Notes under the pieces: model-generated
Seen by the model: only the letters and a program-made list of their open reading frames with translations
What the model was told of the DNA's origin: nothing
Database searches by the model: none
Made by a program: the position numbers and the translations under genes
Source of the DNA: an uncultured virus (IMG/VR IMGVR_UViG_3300021387_000129)
Lineage: Duplodnaviria > Heunggongvirae > Uroviricota > Caudoviricetes
Virus record (IMG/VR): IMGVR_UViG_3300021387_000129
Direction: 5' to 3' (one strand)
DNA length: 64,000 nt
Part shown: positions 1 to 9,705 of the stretch, in pieces
Numbering within the stretch: the first letter of the stretch is position 1
Layout: every line of letters begins with the position of its first letter

Positions 1-338
1 GATGATATTAGTGCTTTAATAGCTTGTGTGTCATCAGTTGCGCCATCACCCTTAGCCCCGAACATTTCAGGAGTTACATAGTTGTTTTTAAGAGCAAGCA
101 ATGTTTCGGAATCAATTTTCTCTTCCGTCAAGCTCCCATCTTGCATAGAAGAAACAGGATCCCACTCATCCCCATCCGGATTCACCCATACATTCACATC
201 AGGATCAGTAGGTGCAGTAGTCCCGACATACACTCCCGAATTACCTGTATTTCCTTGAATCCCCTGCGGCCCTGGAGCACCAGTAATCGAGGGAATGGGA
301 ATCCATTGGTCCCCCTGTTTAACTTTCATTACTGCCAT
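1..338 (-). CDS. Tailspike / beta-helix depolymerase-like receptor-binding protein, 5' part (runs off the left edge)
   Basis: Not in the ORF track. ATG at 338 after AAGGAGG; translates MAVMKVKQGDQWIPIPSITGAPGPQG...YVTPEMFGAKGDGATDDTQAIK with no stop before base 1. FGAKGDGxTDDT is the usual start of pectate-lyase-3-type beta-helices. Confidence 0.8.
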   Translation of the reverse strand, partial: MAVMKVKQGDQWIPIPSITGAPGPQGIQGNTGNSGVYVGTTAPTDPDVNVWVNPDGDEWDPVSSMQDGSLTEEKIDSETLLALKNNYVTPEMFGAKGDGATDDTQAIKALIS

Positions 339-359
339 TTTGATTCATTCCTCCTTTTA

Positions 360-2456
360 TCAGTGCACAACCCATTCATTACCGAACAATGTCATAGTCA
401 GAACGCCATTAAACGGCACCGCATCCGTAAACACAGTGTGATCCGCCTTGAAAACCGCCGGTCCATGCAGACCAATCGAGCTGCCCCATTCAAACACCTG
501 CTCATTCACGGTCAAATATGCCTGCGATCCGCCGGTATACTGTAAGTTCTGGAATCGTACGATAAGCGTCATTCCATTGATGTATGAAACTCCTGGTATT
601 GTTACATTCCAGTAATTTGTGTCTCCTGTATGACTGGCGTAGCACGCATAAACCGGAGTCGGATCCACTGCACCTTCCTCACCATTCGTATCCACCCATA
701 CACCCACATATGGATCTTCAGGTTCATTATCCCCAACATAAAGTAGACTTGTTCCTGCTGTCGGATCGATCCACACATTCACTTCAGGATCTTCTGGCTC
801 GGTTGTTCCCACATAAACTCCCGAGTTGCCAGTATCGCCTTTTTCACCCTTCGCTCCTGGAACATGGCCATCCGTCCTCAGATCAACTCGCTGATTCCCG
901 TCATAGTAGAACAGGTAGTCGCCCTTCGGCAGAACAACCGGACCACCCCACATATCTCCGTCAACATACCCGCAACTGTTACTGCCATTTACGTATAAAT
1001 TAAACTGTCTGCTTGACCCAGCAAACCGAATCATCAGGAGACGGCCAAGACCCTCTCCTCCAGAACTGAAGGTACAGTTCTCGCTAATCCGGAGTAGACT
1101 GTATCCGGGAACAGTTGGGTAAAAATTCTTATCCGAATAAATAGTCAGCGAATCATTCTGTACTGACTTCACCTGGTACATCAGATGCGAGTTGTAATCC
1201 TTATCTGCGCAAACCCAATATGGAGGATCATAAGTCAGAATAAGAATACTTCCGATTGGATAGCTGCTATCACTTTTACAGCTAACCCCATAAGGAGTAG
1301 TGAATGATCCATCACTTAAGGTTAACCTCAATTGTGGGTTGTAAGATGTACCGTTCTTTTCACTCGGAATCTTATACACCATTGTGAACCCTTGCTCAAG
1401 GGCATCCACATTGGTTAGGGTTCCTCCCCAATAATTCCCATCAACAACGCCCTGCACGAACGGCACACCCGCATGCAACGCCAACTCCTCCGTGATTTGA
1501 GTCATGGCTGCTTCTGCCCGTTCCGCATAATGCTTGGAATTGTTCTCGAAATAAGTGCTGCCCTGCGATACAGGACTTCCATTTTGAGTGCCGGCAGCAT
1601 ACCCCTCAGCACGCAAGGCATCCAGCGCAGCATCCTGAGCAGCTTCTGTAGCAATGTCAGAGGCTTCAAGCGCATCATCCATGTACCCTTCAGCATTGTC
1701 TGCAGCCGTAGTAGCCCTGGCCGCCTGGTCCCGGGCTGTCTGAGCACTTTCCCTTGCTTCATTGCGGTATGCATTGGCGTTTGTCGCAGCGCTCTCAGCT
1801 GTATTCGCTGCAGTCCCAGCCCGTCCAGCTGCAGCATCCGCATTACTGGCATAATTCTGAGCAGCATTTGCACTGGACCCTGCAACTGACGCAGAATTCT
1901 GAGCACTAGATGCCGCATCCGTAGCAGTACGTGCCTGCTGCGTGGCTGTCCCGGCATCTCTTTCCGCATTACTCGCCGCCGTCTCAGCTCTCCTGGCGTA
2001 TTCGCTGTTTGTGTCAAGATCTTGCTGAATCGTCTGCTCAGCATCGTCAATAGCTCCACGAACCGCACCTGCAGCATTGAGCAGTCTCGTCTCGATATCC
2101 TCCCAATCACTGGGGATATCAATATTAAGACCTTCAATGCTCTGGTCAATGTTGGTTCGCCACACCTTCCGCTTGGCGATGGTGTCCGACGTGGAGTAAA
2201 TAAGTTGACATTCACCAAAACCTTTTGTTGCGCAATCATAGTTCGCGACAGTCCAGATTGCGTAGCCTTCTCCATCCGTTACCAAGTCGACGATGTAATA
2301 TGCATCCTCTTCCGGTCTCTTCACTTGAAGGAAGACGCTGCCGCCAGGAAATTCCTCCAGCAAATCCCCGTAATAGAACCGAACCTGCGTCCGATTTTTC
2401 TCTCCGGCATATCCGATATGCAGGATGTTTGTCTCTGAAGCATTAATGACGTTCAT
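360..2456 (-). CDS. Tail fibre / baseplate adaptor (BppU-like N-terminus, Ala-rich coiled coil, short collagen segment)
   Basis: 698 aa; Ala/Thr-rich stalk, GAKGEKGDTG, repeated YVGxxEPEDPxVxVW modules; position near tail genes. Confidence 0.7.
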   Translation of the reverse strand: MNVINASETNILHIGYAGEKNRTQVRFYYGDLLEEFPGGSVFLQVKRPEEDAYYIVDLVTDGEGYAIWTVANYDCATKGFGECQLIYSTSDTIAKRKVWRTNIDQSIEGLNIDIPSDWEDIETRLLNAAGAVRGAIDDAEQTIQQDLDTNSEYARRAETAASNAERDAGTATQQARTATDAASSAQNSASVAGSSANAAQNYASNADAAAGRAGTAANTAESAATNANAYRNEARESAQTARDQAARATTAADNAEGYMDDALEASDIATEAAQDAALDALRAEGYAAGTQNGSPVSQGSTYFENNSKHYAERAEAAMTQITEELALHAGVPFVQGVVDGNYWGGTLTNVDALEQGFTMVYKIPSEKNGTSYNPQLRLTLSDGSFTTPYGVSCKSDSSYPIGSILILTYDPPYWVCADKDYNSHLMYQVKSVQNDSLTIYSDKNFYPTVPGYSLLRISENCTFSSGGEGLGRLLMIRFAGSSRQFNLYVNGSNSCGYVDGDMWGGPVVLPKGDYLFYYDGNQRVDLRTDGHVPGAKGEKGDTGNSGVYVGTTEPEDPEVNVWIDPTAGTSLLYVGDNEPEDPYVGVWVDTNGEEGAVDPTPVYACYASHTGDTNYWNVTIPGVSYINGMTLIVRFQNLQYTGGSQAYLTVNEQVFEWGSSIGLHGPAVFKADHTVFTDAVPFNGVLTMTLFGNEWVVH

Positions 2457-2483
2457 GACAGCAACGTCCTCCTTCCATTTTGA

Positions 2484-2738
2484 TTACTTCTTCGTAGTCT
2501 TCCTGGTGGGTTTCTTGGCCGGAACGAGCAGCGCATCCAGCTTCGCCTTCGTCTTGGCATCAATCTCGCCAGTAACTTTCAGGCCGTTCTTCTTCTGGAA
2601 ACTCTTCACCGCGCTGATCATACCAATCGTGTATTCGCCGGTCACCTTAATTGTGCTGCCAGCCTTCTGCAGCGCCTTCTGCATGGTCTTAACGTCTTCG
2701 CCAGTCGCACCATACTTCATAACCTTAGTAGTAGCCAT
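2484..2738 (-). CDS. Stand-alone peptidoglycan-binding domain protein (PG_binding_1-like)
   Basis: GATGEDVKTMQKAL...AVKSFQKKNGLKVTGEID signature; Lys-rich tail. Confidence 0.85.
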   Translation of the reverse strand: MATTKVMKYGATGEDVKTMQKALQKAGSTIKVTGEYTIGMISAVKSFQKKNGLKVTGEIDAKTKAKLDALLVPAKKPTRKTTKK

Positions 2739-2751
2739 CTTTCTTTCCTCC

Positions 2752-3483
2752 TTAGATCATCTTCAGGAACTTGGTCATCATGTACCAGCCCTTGCGTTTT
2801 CCAAAATTAATCTTGGTCCAGGTATCTCCAGGTTCAACCACCTGCACCTCTGCACCTACGGGGATTTCGTCATAGAGTTTGCATAACCGAGAAGGTTCTT
2901 TCCGCATCTTCACATACATGCCTGTCGGAGCGGTCACCTTAGCTTTGGACCCAGGGATTGTTGGAGAGATAACCACCTGCACTGGGATTTCGTCATGCTT
3001 TTCACCATAGTCCACCCCTTTCAGTTCGCCCCACCAGGTCCACTTGGCAAGAGAGGCTTTACTCTTGACCACTCCTGCCTTGGTGCCCTGAGCCTCAATT
3101 ACCATACCGTCACCGATATAAAGCCCGACATGTCCCCTGTCCGTACTGTTCCCTGTAAAGAGAGCAGTCCCGGGTTTGAGTTCATTGCCGTCTGTCCGCC
3201 TGCCGTTCTTGAGCGGACCATTGGCGGTGCAGTATTTGCTGTACATTGTGTTGCTACCGTGATACATGTATCCGCCTAGCTGTTTAAATGCCCATGAGAA
3301 TAACCCGGAGCAGTCTGCAACCATTTTGCCGACCCACTTCCGTCCAAAGTCTTTGGTCTGCTGTCGGGTCGCCTCATCCTGCTTCGCTTGCGTCCATTTG
3401 ATTCCAGCCGTGCCCCAGATATAGCCCCATTTGTTGTCCAAGGCATACTGGAACTTGGCAATAAGGTCTTTAGGATTAATCAT
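2752..3483 (-). CDS. NlpC/P60 cell-wall peptidase with C-terminal SH3b-like domain (probable endolysin)
   Basis: DCSGLF catalytic Cys, GHVGLYIG His; C-terminal VKMRKEPS...WTKINF..KGWYMM. Confidence 0.85.
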   Translation of the reverse strand: MINPKDLIAKFQYALDNKWGYIWGTAGIKWTQAKQDEATRQQTKDFGRKWVGKMVADCSGLFSWAFKQLGGYMYHGSNTMYSKYCTANGPLKNGRRTDGNELKPGTALFTGNSTDRGHVGLYIGDGMVIEAQGTKAGVVKSKASLAKWTWWGELKGVDYGEKHDEIPVQVVISPTIPGSKAKVTAPTGMYVKMRKEPSRLCKLYDEIPVGAEVQVVEPGDTWTKINFGKRKGWYMMTKFLKMI

Positions 3484-3509
3484 CTGTAAGAACCTCCTTC
3501 CATTTTGAA

Positions 3510-3911
3510 TTAGTCCTTAGTAGTTTCCACCATGAACCGAATTTTTGAAATCTCCAGCGGACTCAGTTCGAGTTTCTCAACATCCTGTATGGTGAACGGT
3601 TCAACCTCCACATCCACTTCCATATTGCGCAGGTCGATAATTTCATTGGAGAAAGTCTGGGTCATAACCTCGTCTACTTTACCGTCATCACCGAACACCA
3701 CCAGGCGGCAAGAGGGATCATTTTCCTTCTCGGGAACCGCCTGGTACTGTTCGATAATCTTCCGGGTCTCCTGATCAAGGAACTGGGACTTCTTCAAAAG
3801 AACTTCAGAGTTGTCAAAAATCTTGAGAGAAAGTAAACCCGGTAAGCGCTGTTCGGCAAACCGGGTAAGACAGTTCAGAGCTTCCATAGAGGAATATAAA
3901 GTTGTTTTCAT
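3510..3911 (-). CDS. Hypothetical tail-associated protein
   Basis: 133 aa, RBS, directly downstream of the large tail gene. Confidence 0.6.
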   Translation of the reverse strand: MKTTLYSSMEALNCLTRFAEQRLPGLLSLKIFDNSEVLLKKSQFLDQETRKIIEQYQAVPEKENDPSCRLVVFGDDGKVDEVMTQTFSNEIIDLRNMEVDVEVEPFTIQDVEKLELSPLEISKIRFMVETTKD

Positions 3912-3936
3912 TGAGGTGATCTCCTTTTTTGTTGAA

Positions 3937-6900
3937 TTAAGTGTATGCCTTTTGTGGTTGGATATAAGTGCTTCTCATGTACCAGTATCCTGTGGCCATT
4001 TCAACATACTTGGTTCTGTTGGGATCCCAATAGAAGAGTTTTGTCTGTTTAGTGGTTCCATTAGACTGGCCCTGTTGGTCAAGACCGGTATAATACTGCA
4101 ATCCCCAAACTGCATTAGAGCGTTCAGTTCCTTTGCTGACGGTTACATTAAGGGTTCTTCGATTTCCTTCTCGAGGAGTGTTGTTGCCAATGGCATTTGT
4201 ATAACCTGGTTCAATTTTATATGTGCCATTTTCCGTGATGCTGGTTCCCAAATCAGTTTTGCTGTCATCACCGTCTTTATACACTCGATAAATATATCCG
4301 GTTTTACCAGCATTATTCCATAGGGTATCAAGTGACACCTGAGCAACCAATTTTCCTCCGCATAAGAGTTTAACACCACGATGAGTTTTACCGTCGCTTC
4401 CAGTATAGGTCGATGTTGATACACCTTGGATTGACATAGTTACTGTTTTGGTTTTACCATTGGTAAGCGCAATCACGGCTTTACCGTCATATTGACCACT
4501 GCTTGTTGTCGCTACTGTTGTGGGCGTAACAGAATCAAAATCAACCTCGCCAGCACCATCTGTTTTGCCAGTGGTGTAAATATCAGCAGCAGATATAGAA
4601 CCAATTTTTGTTTCAGTAGCATCCGATGCTTTACCACTTTCGGGTGTCTTAACCATGTAGACATCCATGGCATTATTGTTCCACTGGTTCACCTTTTTGA
4701 TTTGTCCGCTATAATATCCCCACCATACACTAACGCTATTTTGACCTGTTGTGAAATTATTTGCCTTAGAAGTAATCGTTACTGAGTCTAATTGCGTATC
4801 GCCAGACATCATTTTGATGGTTATTGACCCACCATAAGGAAGCGGACTATAGCTGGTTGTGCTCTTAGTAAGGGAGAGCGAACCAATAGCAGCATCCCAG
4901 CCATTAGTGTACCTGCTTGTAGCATCCACGTAAGCCGTATAAGCAGTGGCATTGCTGGCATTAGCATCCTTGATAACTCGTTTGGCTACGTTACCATTAG
5001 AGTCAGATTCCCATGCGTGACTACTGTTGTATTTACCCCATACAGGGCTATCCGCAGTTAAGCTGATAGATCTTGATGAAGCTCCGCTAGAAGACAAACT
5101 GATTGTCGCAGTGCCATCTCCAGCCCAGGAAACAGCTCCAATACCCTTCTGAGGAGCAGATGCAGCACCCGCATCATAGACATCTTGTACAGATATACTT
5201 GTCGGAGATACAGCACTTGTCCTGTCGTCACCAATCTTAGCCTTAACAAGCTTATTCTCAACATCCAATTCCAAATATACATACTTAGTCCAGATGATAC
5301 CACCAGAAGGAGTAACGCTTCCGGTGCACGCCGCATTAATCTGAGCATACTCACCACTGTTGACTGATTTAACTTCTGAAGTGATTGTTATGGTGCCTTT
5401 CTTAGACGCGTTATTGGCGTTTTGGTAAGTGAATTTTTGACCAGCCCAGTAACCACTAACATTAGCATCTGTCAACCCTGTAGAATATAGCTCGCCAATG
5501 CTGATGGATGCGATCGCACTTTCACCAACCGGAATAACCTCAACTTTGGAATTTTTCTTGTTATAGGTTGGCGTAAGATTCAGATACTTTCTCCCATGAA
5601 TGGTGGCATCGAAAGCCTGAATTCCTGCGGAGAAATTCGTTGAGCCATTACCCTCAAAAACAACACTAGGCGTGATCGAATATGCATTGCTGCCATCAAC
5701 GCTGGGTGTGGCTGTGAAGCTCATCGCATCGCCACTCCATGCCCCAGTAATGGTTACAGTGGCTCTTGCATTCCCATCCAGAAGGCCTTGCTTGTAGGGA
5801 TTATTGCCCGTTCCACCTTCTGTACAAATGAGATCTGCTGCATTGGAATATCGGGTTTCTCCATCTGCATAAGCTTCATAAGTGCCATAGAACTCATGAT
5901 GCTTGGAGTCAATTTCCTTTATATTCCAACCAGCGACCCAGCTGCTTGAATCACCGACCGTCGCATAATATCCAAACCGCGCGGTTACAGTGATACTCTT
6001 CTTTTGAGTTGGATTTCCTGCGATGCTGGCAATGAAGACATTCGGATATCCAGAACCCTGATCCTGCCATTCGGTAGACAGCTGAGCGGTCATCACACCA
6101 TCTGCCAGCCCTTGCGCATATGGATTTACTTGCAGGGTTGTGCTTCCGATGGTGAAGCTATTGGCATTCATGATCATGAGATCTTGAATATATGATCGTC
6201 TACCACTAGGAGATATGCGATCATCGGTGGGATTCCCATAAACCTCATACAATGCCATAAAGGTGCGATTTCCAACGCTACCTGACACTCTGAATCCACT
6301 GGTAAAATCCCCTGTTGGACTACCATGTGAGTCCTGCCCAGCATAGTTTCCGAAGTGATTATAAAGTCTGATCTCAATCGGTGTGATTTTACCCTTATCT
6401 GCGGACACCGTGAATTTGTTCAGATTCGCGGAAGAATCTGCGCTACTCCACACGCCGCGCAGTGAAGTAGCTCCATTAAAAGTGCCTACTGTGACCCATT
6501 CAGACTCGTTGAAGCGTTTCCGTTTCAGAGCATCACCGTCAATCATGAGGTCATAAACGGCATTAGCTGGGTTAAAGCTTACAGAGCCAACTGTAATTGA
6601 ATTGTCATCAAGCTTTAAACGTCTTACTGCTAAAGTTCCGCGTTCATCGATAGATTCGAGATAATTTGTCTTGATTGAATTGAACACACCATACCCAGCA
6701 GTCACTCTGGTATCTGCATGGATAATTTCTGACCTCAGGTTGTTGATATATGCATCCTGAGCTTCCAATTCGTCAACAACTAGCTTTCGGATCTTCGCGT
6801 AATCCGTCTTAAAACTTGGAATATCGTTCAGCTGAATATCCTGTACGGTAATGAAGCCGGATTGAGTCTGGGTGTTACCATCGTTATCAACATAACTTAC

Positions 6901-8880
6901 TGTATCATTGATAACCACTGCAGGAGCGTCGTTCGCGGTAGTGCTGCCCGCAGGAAGTGAAGATGTCGTACCGTCATCGGCAGTAGTCTGTGTTGGTACT
7001 TCATCACCGCCGACAGCAGTCATAGTAGCAGCGTTGCCGGTAGCTTCGTTAACTTCGATTGTTACTGTTCCTGCGTCAGCAGCACTACTTAATGATTCTG
7101 GATTAAATCCGAAACCATCAACTACAAAGCTGGTTGCTCCGCTTGCAGTTTGGCTAAAGAATTTATGCGGGGTTGGAGCCGTTGCGAGGGCAAGCGTTGA
7201 ACTATACTTGAATGTGTAAAGTCCCCGGTAGTCCGTAGCCACGGCGTACTTTTGTCCTTCATGTGTGAACAAACCAAGCACATAGTAGTAATATCCAGGA
7301 TTAGGAGCATTTCTCGGCACGTACTTTTTTGCCTGAATGGACTGATAACTCAAAGCCGCGAGAACACCGTACTCCATGTTTATGCTCTGCTGAATATTAG
7401 CATGAGCAGTAAACTGAGGATTGCTATCTGGCTGAGTTGTAGAACTCGGTCCGGACGAAGGAGTGCTATTACCTTGAGAAGGTCTCTCACCATACTCATG
7501 ATCTGTCGTCTCGGAAGGATATCCGATGGTGTATTGCCAGTTCTCTGGGTTATACAGAACATATACGAGATTCTTGATCGTCATCCATTTGGCGTTATAA
7601 GTCCCATCGATATCAACAGGATATGCCACGTAGGCAATATCGCCAACCAGATGCTTAATCGGACTCTCGTTCAGCACATGCATGTCAACTGCTTTGATCG
7701 AGAAATTCGGAACAGCGCCGAGATAATTGTTCTTGATCCAGTCAATTACGTATTCCCAGAGCTCACCGGTTGTATCAGCATTCGGAAAATCAACTACTTT
7801 GTAAATGATCCCGTAACGATCTTCCGCATTTTGAAAGTCTGAAACATTGTGATAACCAATACTCAGTTCTTCAGCAGTACAGAATCCCTGAGAAACCAGA
7901 TCACCAACGCTAATATAGTTCTTATTCCACGCGGAGCTCTTCTTCGGTGGAACACTGCCGTTAATGCTGATGGGAGTTCCTTTCTTGCTGCTGCCAACAG
8001 GAATAACCCTTGTAAAAATATTGTCGATCTCAAGGCTGTGGTTCAGATCGATCACATTGTGAGCTACAACCAGCGCATTTGACATCTCGGCATCAGAACT
8101 TGCATCGCTGTTATCAATAACTCCTGTGCCTTTGGATCTGGCAACCATGGATATACCAGAATTGGAAGGCGTACCGGTTACAGCACCCATGACGTGTGTG
8201 TTACCTGTATCGGCAGCTATTTCTTCTCTTGTACGGAAATAATTCTTAAACCAATCGATCTTCAGTTGTCCACTCGCGTCGTCATACCGTGCCCGCCAGT
8301 GACCACCATAATGGGAAGCCAGATCGTCCAGGATACTCTTAACGCTACTCCATCCAGCCTTACCGTGTTTCCTTGTGACTTCATCCACTTGTTTAGCTGT
8401 AACTGTAGATCTGCTATATGCTCCTGGAATTTCTCCGATTGTGAAGCGCTTATGTGCTTCCGCCTGATCATTATACGCATTAATTGTCTCGGTAATATAG
8501 TCATTCAGCGACTGTTTCTTGCGCTTCTTGTCTTCTTCACCCTTAATGTAGACGTCATTGAAAAATCCGTAGCAGTCCTCGCACTTGATCTTCCTGTTTC
8601 CTGTAAAGGAATTCTGGATGGCGAGTACACGTCCATAGAATATGGTTGTACCGTCATACTGAACCCGGAGAATCGTCTTCATGTGCAGGAAAGCATTGAA
8701 ATATGGCGAAGCAGGCTCTACCTCGAAGTCGAAGCTGCCGATCGTATCCCAGCTGGTGTTAACCACAGGATTATTGATTGGGGGCGTTCCGTTCAGGTAG
8801 GGGATAGACATCAGAAGTTTCTCAGCTTGCACAAATTGGCCAAGATCATTCTGATACCTGCTGATATAAATGTTGAACAT
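3937..8880 (-). CDS. Large minor tail protein (Tal/hub-like N-terminus, long S/T/G-rich host-specificity region)
   Basis: 1647 aa after TMP and Dit; N-terminal GSFDF..IFYGRVL..TRVIPVG pattern of siphophage tail hub proteins. Confidence 0.8.
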   Translation of the reverse strand: MFNIYISRYQNDLGQFVQAEKLLMSIPYLNGTPPINNPVVNTSWDTIGSFDFEVEPASPYFNAFLHMKTILRVQYDGTTIFYGRVLAIQNSFTGNRKIKCEDCYGFFNDVYIKGEEDKKRKKQSLNDYITETINAYNDQAEAHKRFTIGEIPGAYSRSTVTAKQVDEVTRKHGKAGWSSVKSILDDLASHYGGHWRARYDDASGQLKIDWFKNYFRTREEIAADTGNTHVMGAVTGTPSNSGISMVARSKGTGVIDNSDASSDAEMSNALVVAHNVIDLNHSLEIDNIFTRVIPVGSSKKGTPISINGSVPPKKSSAWNKNYISVGDLVSQGFCTAEELSIGYHNVSDFQNAEDRYGIIYKVVDFPNADTTGELWEYVIDWIKNNYLGAVPNFSIKAVDMHVLNESPIKHLVGDIAYVAYPVDIDGTYNAKWMTIKNLVYVLYNPENWQYTIGYPSETTDHEYGERPSQGNSTPSSGPSSTTQPDSNPQFTAHANIQQSINMEYGVLAALSYQSIQAKKYVPRNAPNPGYYYYVLGLFTHEGQKYAVATDYRGLYTFKYSSTLALATAPTPHKFFSQTASGATSFVVDGFGFNPESLSSAADAGTVTIEVNEATGNAATMTAVGGDEVPTQTTADDGTTSSLPAGSTTANDAPAVVINDTVSYVDNDGNTQTQSGFITVQDIQLNDIPSFKTDYAKIRKLVVDELEAQDAYINNLRSEIIHADTRVTAGYGVFNSIKTNYLESIDERGTLAVRRLKLDDNSITVGSVSFNPANAVYDLMIDGDALKRKRFNESEWVTVGTFNGATSLRGVWSSADSSANLNKFTVSADKGKITPIEIRLYNHFGNYAGQDSHGSPTGDFTSGFRVSGSVGNRTFMALYEVYGNPTDDRISPSGRRSYIQDLMIMNANSFTIGSTTLQVNPYAQGLADGVMTAQLSTEWQDQGSGYPNVFIASIAGNPTQKKSITVTARFGYYATVGDSSSWVAGWNIKEIDSKHHEFYGTYEAYADGETRYSNAADLICTEGGTGNNPYKQGLLDGNARATVTITGAWSGDAMSFTATPSVDGSNAYSITPSVVFEGNGSTNFSAGIQAFDATIHGRKYLNLTPTYNKKNSKVEVIPVGESAIASISIGELYSTGLTDANVSGYWAGQKFTYQNANNASKKGTITITSEVKSVNSGEYAQINAACTGSVTPSGGIIWTKYVYLELDVENKLVKAKIGDDRTSAVSPTSISVQDVYDAGAASAPQKGIGAVSWAGDGTATISLSSSGASSRSISLTADSPVWGKYNSSHAWESDSNGNVAKRVIKDANASNATAYTAYVDATSRYTNGWDAAIGSLSLTKSTTSYSPLPYGGSITIKMMSGDTQLDSVTITSKANNFTTGQNSVSVWWGYYSGQIKKVNQWNNNAMDVYMVKTPESGKASDATETKIGSISAADIYTTGKTDGAGEVDFDSVTPTTVATTSSGQYDGKAVIALTNGKTKTVTMSIQGVSTSTYTGSDGKTHRGVKLLCGGKLVAQVSLDTLWNNAGKTGYIYRVYKDGDDSKTDLGTSITENGTYKIEPGYTNAIGNNTPREGNRRTLNVTVSKGTERSNAVWGLQYYTGLDQQGQSNGTTKQTKLFYWDPNRTKYVEMATGYWYMRSTYIQPQKAYT

Positions 8881-9680
8881 TACAGCGCCGCCTCCCTGTA
8901 TGTAACAATAAAGGTCCCGTAACCAGATACATTAAGCATCTTGGAAACGCCCGCAGCAGCCATCGGGAACTTTCTTGACTTCTTGGAATTTGTAAGAGTA
9001 TACGTCTGACCTGCGAATGTAACTGCCAACGAATCCGTTGCATTATTGCTTGTCAACCTAACTGTAGGGGTAATATTATTCTCAAACAGATTAACATCTT
9101 CCTGAGGGTTATCTGTATAAACCGGAGAAATATAGTTTTGAAACTCACTACCATTCAGTGTAAAACTTCGTCCGGCAAACGCGTTCTGAACTGTAGAACT
9201 ATACTTGAATGGATCTACACGATACTCAATAGTCACTCGGTCATAATCTGCTCCACCCTGCCAATTAGAAACGGAGAAGCGTCCGCGATAGTAATAGTTC
9301 GGATCTTCCTCCAATTTCATCTTCAGGGGTCTTCTGGTTAAAAATGAACTCATTGTGTTCTTGAGCTGCATCATATACTGTGTCGGCCGATTCAACACAA
9401 TGAATTCCATGGTACCAGATCTGTCGCTATAAATGGGTTTTGATCCACCAATATAGTCACTCAGATCCAGTGACCCATGCATTCCTGGAATATCCACAAA
9501 CTTGTGTGATGTGATTGTTGGTTGCGCAATAACGGGTCTGGAAGTAGGAATGAGCCCCCACCTCTGCCAGGTATTTGCACCATTCACGAAATCCTCCTGG
9601 TCGTCGTACGTGAAGGTAACCGAATATGCGCCGTCATAGACAATGCCGTCAGTGATAACTCCTTCAGCGGTAGTTGTCAT
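8880..9680 (-). CDS. Distal tail protein (Dit-like)
   Basis: VDIPGMHGSLDLS...DPNYYYRGR...DPFKY; between TMP and Tal. Confidence 0.8.
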   Translation of the reverse strand: MTTTAEGVITDGIVYDGAYSVTFTYDDQEDFVNGANTWQRWGLIPTSRPVIAQPTITSHKFVDIPGMHGSLDLSDYIGGSKPIYSDRSGTMEFIVLNRPTQYMMQLKNTMSSFLTRRPLKMKLEEDPNYYYRGRFSVSNWQGGADYDRVTIEYRVDPFKYSSTVQNAFAGRSFTLNGSEFQNYISPVYTDNPQEDVNLFENNITPTVRLTSNNATDSLAVTFAGQTYTLTNSKKSRKFPMAAAGVSKMLNVSGYGTFIVTYREAAL

Positions 9681-9705
9681 GACTCATTCCTCCTTCCATT
9701 TTGAA

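Noticed and set aside
360..8880. Diversity-generating retroelement or invertible tail-fibre system
   Set aside because: No reverse transcriptase, no adenine-variant repeat pair and no invertase or inverted gene fragments seen.
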